NCBI GenBank assembly: GCA_965223155.1
Contig: CBDCVR010000015.1
Coordinates: 768,001 to 832,000, forward strand
Reading direction: 5' to 3'
Length of the DNA: 64,000 nt
Source: Candidatus Multivoradales bacterium
Lineage (GTDB): Bacteria; Acidobacteriota; Thermoanaerobaculia; Multivoradales; JAHEKO01
Shown: one piece after another, positions 61,097 through 64,000 of the stretch
How positions within the stretch are numbered: position 1 is the stretch's first letter
How the letters are laid out: the number at the start of each line of letters is the position of its first letter
The notes under the pieces: generated by a model
The model's database searches: none
What the model saw: the letters and a program-made list of their open reading frames with translations, nothing else
What the model was told of the DNA's origin: nothing
Translations under genes and position numbers: made by a program

Positions 61097-62338
61097 GTGT
61101 TCGGTCGCGACTCGTACGACATCGTCGTGGCCGGTGGCGGACCGGCCGGCGCGACGGTAGCAACGCTTCTCGCCCAGCAGGGCCACTCTACGCTCCTCCT
61201 GGAGCGCAGCGCCGAGCCGTATTTCAAGATCGGTGAGTCGCTGATGCCCGCGACCTACTGGATTCTGGAGCGCCTCGGGGTGCTCGAGACGATGTACGAG
61301 AGGGCTTTTCCGAAGAAATACAGCGTCCAGTTCTTCTCCTCCGACGGCTCGGCCTCGACGCCGTTCTACTTCCGCGAGCACGACCCCCACCCCAGCTCCC
61401 AGACCTGGCAGGTCTTGCGGAGCGAGTTCGACCAGATGCTCCTGGATCAGGCCGCGGCCACCGGCGTCGAGGTCCGGCGCGGCGCCACCTTGAAGGATGT
61501 CCTCTTCGAAGAGGCTCGCGCCGTGGGCGTCGAGGTAGAAGCCGGCGGCGAGCTCGCACGCGTGGCCTGTCGCGTTCTTATCGACGCCACTGGCCAGCGG
61601 GCGTTTCTGGGCGGCAAGCTCGGGCTCTTGGAGATCGACCCACAGCTCAAGCACGCGTCGTTTTTTACCCACTTCCGGGGTGGGTTCCGCGACCAAGGCA
61701 TCGACGAAGGAGCCACGATCATCCTCCACACCGAGGGCAGGAGATCTTGGTTCTGGTCCATTCCGCTGCCCGACGACACGGTCTCGATCGGCGTCGTCGG
61801 AGGCGTCGATCACCTGATCCTGGGCCGCTCGAAGGATCCGCAGAACACCTTCGACGAAGAGCTCGCCCGCTGTCCGGCCCTGAGCCAGCGGCTCGAGGGC
61901 GCCGAGCAGCTCTACCCGATCCGCGCCATCCGGGACTTCTCCTACCGTGCCCGCGATCTGGCCGGCGACGGCTGGGTCCTAGTCGGCGATGCCGCGGGCT
62001 TCCTGGATCCGGTTTACTCGACCGGGGTCTTCCTGGCGCTGAAGTCGGGCGAGATGGCCGCCGACGCCGTCCACGAGGCGCTCGCGCAGGGTGACCTCTC
62101 GTCCGCGGCCCTGGGTTCGTTCGTACCCGAGCTCCGGCGCGGCGTCGAAGCCATGGGCAAACTCGTCTACGCCTTCTACGACCCCGAGTTCTCCTTCGGC
62201 CGCTTTCTCAAGACCTACCCCGAGTGCCGAGGCGAGCTGGTAGACATGCTGGTCGGCAACGTCTTTCGCAAGCCGCTGGACCGCCTCGAGGCCGCGCTCG
62301 ATGTCGAATCGAACCGCGCCCGGACGGCGCCAGCCTGA
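61097..62338 (+). CDS. Flavin-dependent halogenase-like FAD oxidoreductase
   Basis: GGGPAG, KIGESL, FPKK, WFWSIP and GDAAGFLDPVYSTG motifs; GTG start 1 nt after the receptor stop (TTG 61085 is an alternative). Confidence 0.85.
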   Translation: MFGRDSYDIVVAGGGPAGATVATLLAQQGHSTLLLERSAEPYFKIGESLMPATYWILERLGVLETMYERAFPKKYSVQFFSSDGSASTPFYFREHDPHPSSQTWQVLRSEFDQMLLDQAAATGVEVRRGATLKDVLFEEARAVGVEVEAGGELARVACRVLIDATGQRAFLGGKLGLLEIDPQLKHASFFTHFRGGFRDQGIDEGATIILHTEGRRSWFWSIPLPDDTVSIGVVGGVDHLILGRSKDPQNTFDEELARCPALSQRLEGAEQLYPIRAIRDFSYRARDLAGDGWVLVGDAAGFLDPVYSTGVFLALKSGEMAADAVHEALAQGDLSSAALGSFVPELRRGVEAMGKLVYAFYDPEFSFGRFLKTYPECRGELVDMLVGNVFRKPLDRLEAALDVESNRARTAPA

Positions 62339-62743
62339 ATCCGATCGCTTCGGAGTAGCTGCCCGCGGCAGAAGTCCCAACGGTCGCGCGCCGTTTGGCA
62401 CGCGCGACTAGAGCTCCACCCGGGGGTGAGCGGCGTCAATCCGAAAACCGCGGGTCTGAGCCCCAGGGCCTCAAAGATCTCGGGCCGGACGTCTAGAAAC
62501 ACCGGAGGTCCTCCACCGTCGACAACAATCCGGCCGCCTGCCGCCCAACAGCTCGGTCGAACTGACGACTCATGAATCGCGCCTGCATCCGGCTCCGCTT
62601 GGGCACTCTCGCTACGGCGACCATCTCGGCCACTATCTTGCACGCTCAGGGTCACTCGGACAACTCACTTCGTTCCCCGCAGGCCCGAAGCCAAGGATTC
62701 CGTTCCGTTGAACATTCGGGGCTTCAATTTCTTGGAGAAACCG

Positions 62744-64000
62744 ATGCCATCAGTGCCTCGCCGCCATTCGTTCCGCCCCGGACCGACTTTCGCAATCCTG
62801 CTCCTAGCTGCAATGGTCTCGGCCGCCCCGGCTGACGCTCAGCAAGACCTGGGAAGCTGGACCCAGCTTTCATCGATGCCGTTCTCGAATGCCGAGTTCG
62901 GGAGTGCCACCATTGGCGGCAAGATCTATCTCGCGGGCGGCTTCGCCGAGGAAACGGCTCTGCTCGTCTATGACGTCGCGAGCGACTCCTTCAGTCGAGG
63001 TCCGGACCTGCCGGAGGGCAATCACCATCCAGGCGTCGCCACGGTCGGTGGACGCCTCTACGTCTTGGGCGGCCATGAGACCGAAGACCTGGTCCAGATC
63101 TACGATCCCGACACCGGCACCTGGAGTGAGGGCGCACACCTGCCGACTCCACGGCGGGCCTTCGCGACCGTGGTGCTGAGGGGCAAGATCCATGTCATCG
63201 GCGGTACCGACAACCCCAGTGGCGGCGGCGGCGGTCTCGCGGCTCACGAGGTCTACGACCCGGCGACCGATCGCTGGTCGGTGGCGGCACCGTTATTGGA
63301 AGCCCGAGAGCACGTGTACGGTGGCGCTATCGGGAGCAAGATCTATATCGCCGCCGGCCGCGTGGGCGTCTTCGTTCCCCAGGACGAGCTCCAGATCTAT
63401 GATCCGGTTCGGGACGAATGGACTCTGGGCCCGCCGCTGATCGAAGAGACCAGCGGCCATGCGGCGCAGGTGGTCGACGAACAGCTTTTCGTTTTCGGCG
63501 GCGAGCTGGTCTTCGCCGACCGGGTGCTGCGGCGAACGCAGCGCTATGATCCAGCGCTCCGCCGCTGGGACGAGCTCGCCCAGTTGCCGATGCCGCTCCA
63601 TGGCCTCGGCAGCGCGGTGCACCGAGGCTCGATCTATCTCTTCGGAGGCGCCACCGCGGTCGAGGCCGCCAGCACCGGCCAGAGCTCGGTCTGGAGATTC
63701 GACCCACCCAAGCGGCAGGTTGCCGAGGTGCCGCGCCGGCTCCGCGTCAAGGTCCGGTCTTCGAGAAAGGTTCTGCTTAAATGGAAGTTCCGGCACCGAC
63801 TCTCGGACGCCACCGGCATCGACATCCAGGCCCGCCGCGCCCGCGGACCGTTCCGCACGATCGCAACCCGGCCTGCTCGCGCGCGCAGGATCGTGCTCAC
63901 CGGGCTCGACGCCGGAGGTACCTACGCCTTCCGCGTGCGCGCCACCGGCCCCTCGGGCAAGGGTGCGCCGTCGAACACGGTCTCGGTCACCATGCCGGAC
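62744..64000 (+). CDS. Secreted Kelch-repeat protein with fibronectin type III domain (runs off the right edge)
   Basis: My own translation: MPSVPRR...AILLLAAMVSAAPADA signal; GGKIYLAGG, GGRLYVLGG and GKIHVIGG kelch blades; GLDAGGTYAFRVRA...SNTVSVT FN3. GGAGA RBS. Absent from the track because it has no stop. Confidence 0.88.
   Translation, partial: MPSVPRRHSFRPGPTFAILLLAAMVSAAPADAQQDLGSWTQLSSMPFSNAEFGSATIGGKIYLAGGFAEETALLVYDVASDSFSRGPDLPEGNHHPGVATVGGRLYVLGGHETEDLVQIYDPDTGTWSEGAHLPTPRRAFATVVLRGKIHVIGGTDNPSGGGGGLAAHEVYDPATDRWSVAAPLLEAREHVYGGAIGSKIYIAAGRVGVFVPQDELQIYDPVRDEWTLGPPLIEETSGHAAQVVDEQLFVFGGELVFADRVLRRTQRYDPALRRWDELAQLPMPLHGLGSAVHRGSIYLFGGATAVEAASTGQSSVWRFDPPKRQVAEVPRRLRVKVRSSRKVLLKWKFRHRLSDATGIDIQARRARGPFRTIATRPARARRIVLTGLDAGGTYAFRVRATGPSGKGAPSNTVSVTMPD

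Noticed and set aside
62383-62410. Sigma54 promoter (TGGCACG at 62396) or terminator
   Set aside because: There is no TTGC at -12, and the hairpin GTCGCGCG...CGCGCGAC lacks a U tract
62339-62743. RiPP precursor peptide for the radical SAM/halogenase cluster
   Set aside because: No short ORF with a convincing RBS and leader/core pattern was seen here or in the cluster's small gaps

Overview
High-GC bacterial chromosomal window. The gene content suggests a diderm, Acidobacteriota-like organism (inference). The first 47 kb is mostly housekeeping and metabolic: acs, a SMUG1-type UDG, dodecin, pckA, gdh, a secreted S8 protease plus a giant secreted nuclease, tRNA-Asn, an rpsU-mutS2-dnaG-rpoD cluster, Slt, tRNA(CAT), yggS, an embedded AbiEii-type toxin-antitoxin pair, hutI, wzm/wzt, HtrA and an acyl-CoA oxidase. 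The stand-out feature is a tightly packed co-directional 9-gene cluster at 48765-62338. It encodes three exported PQQ-like beta-propellers (one frameshifted), an EhpF-like truncated adenylation enzyme, an atypical aldehyde dehydrogenase/acyl-reductase, an iron-type alcohol dehydrogenase, a HemN-like radical SAM enzyme, a TonB-dependent receptor and a flavin-dependent halogenase-like protein. It matches no pathway I recognise and looks like an uncharacterised small-molecule or cofactor biosynthesis-and-use system. No transposase, integrase, rRNA or CRISPR array was seen. All family calls come from motif recognition by eye; no searches were run.
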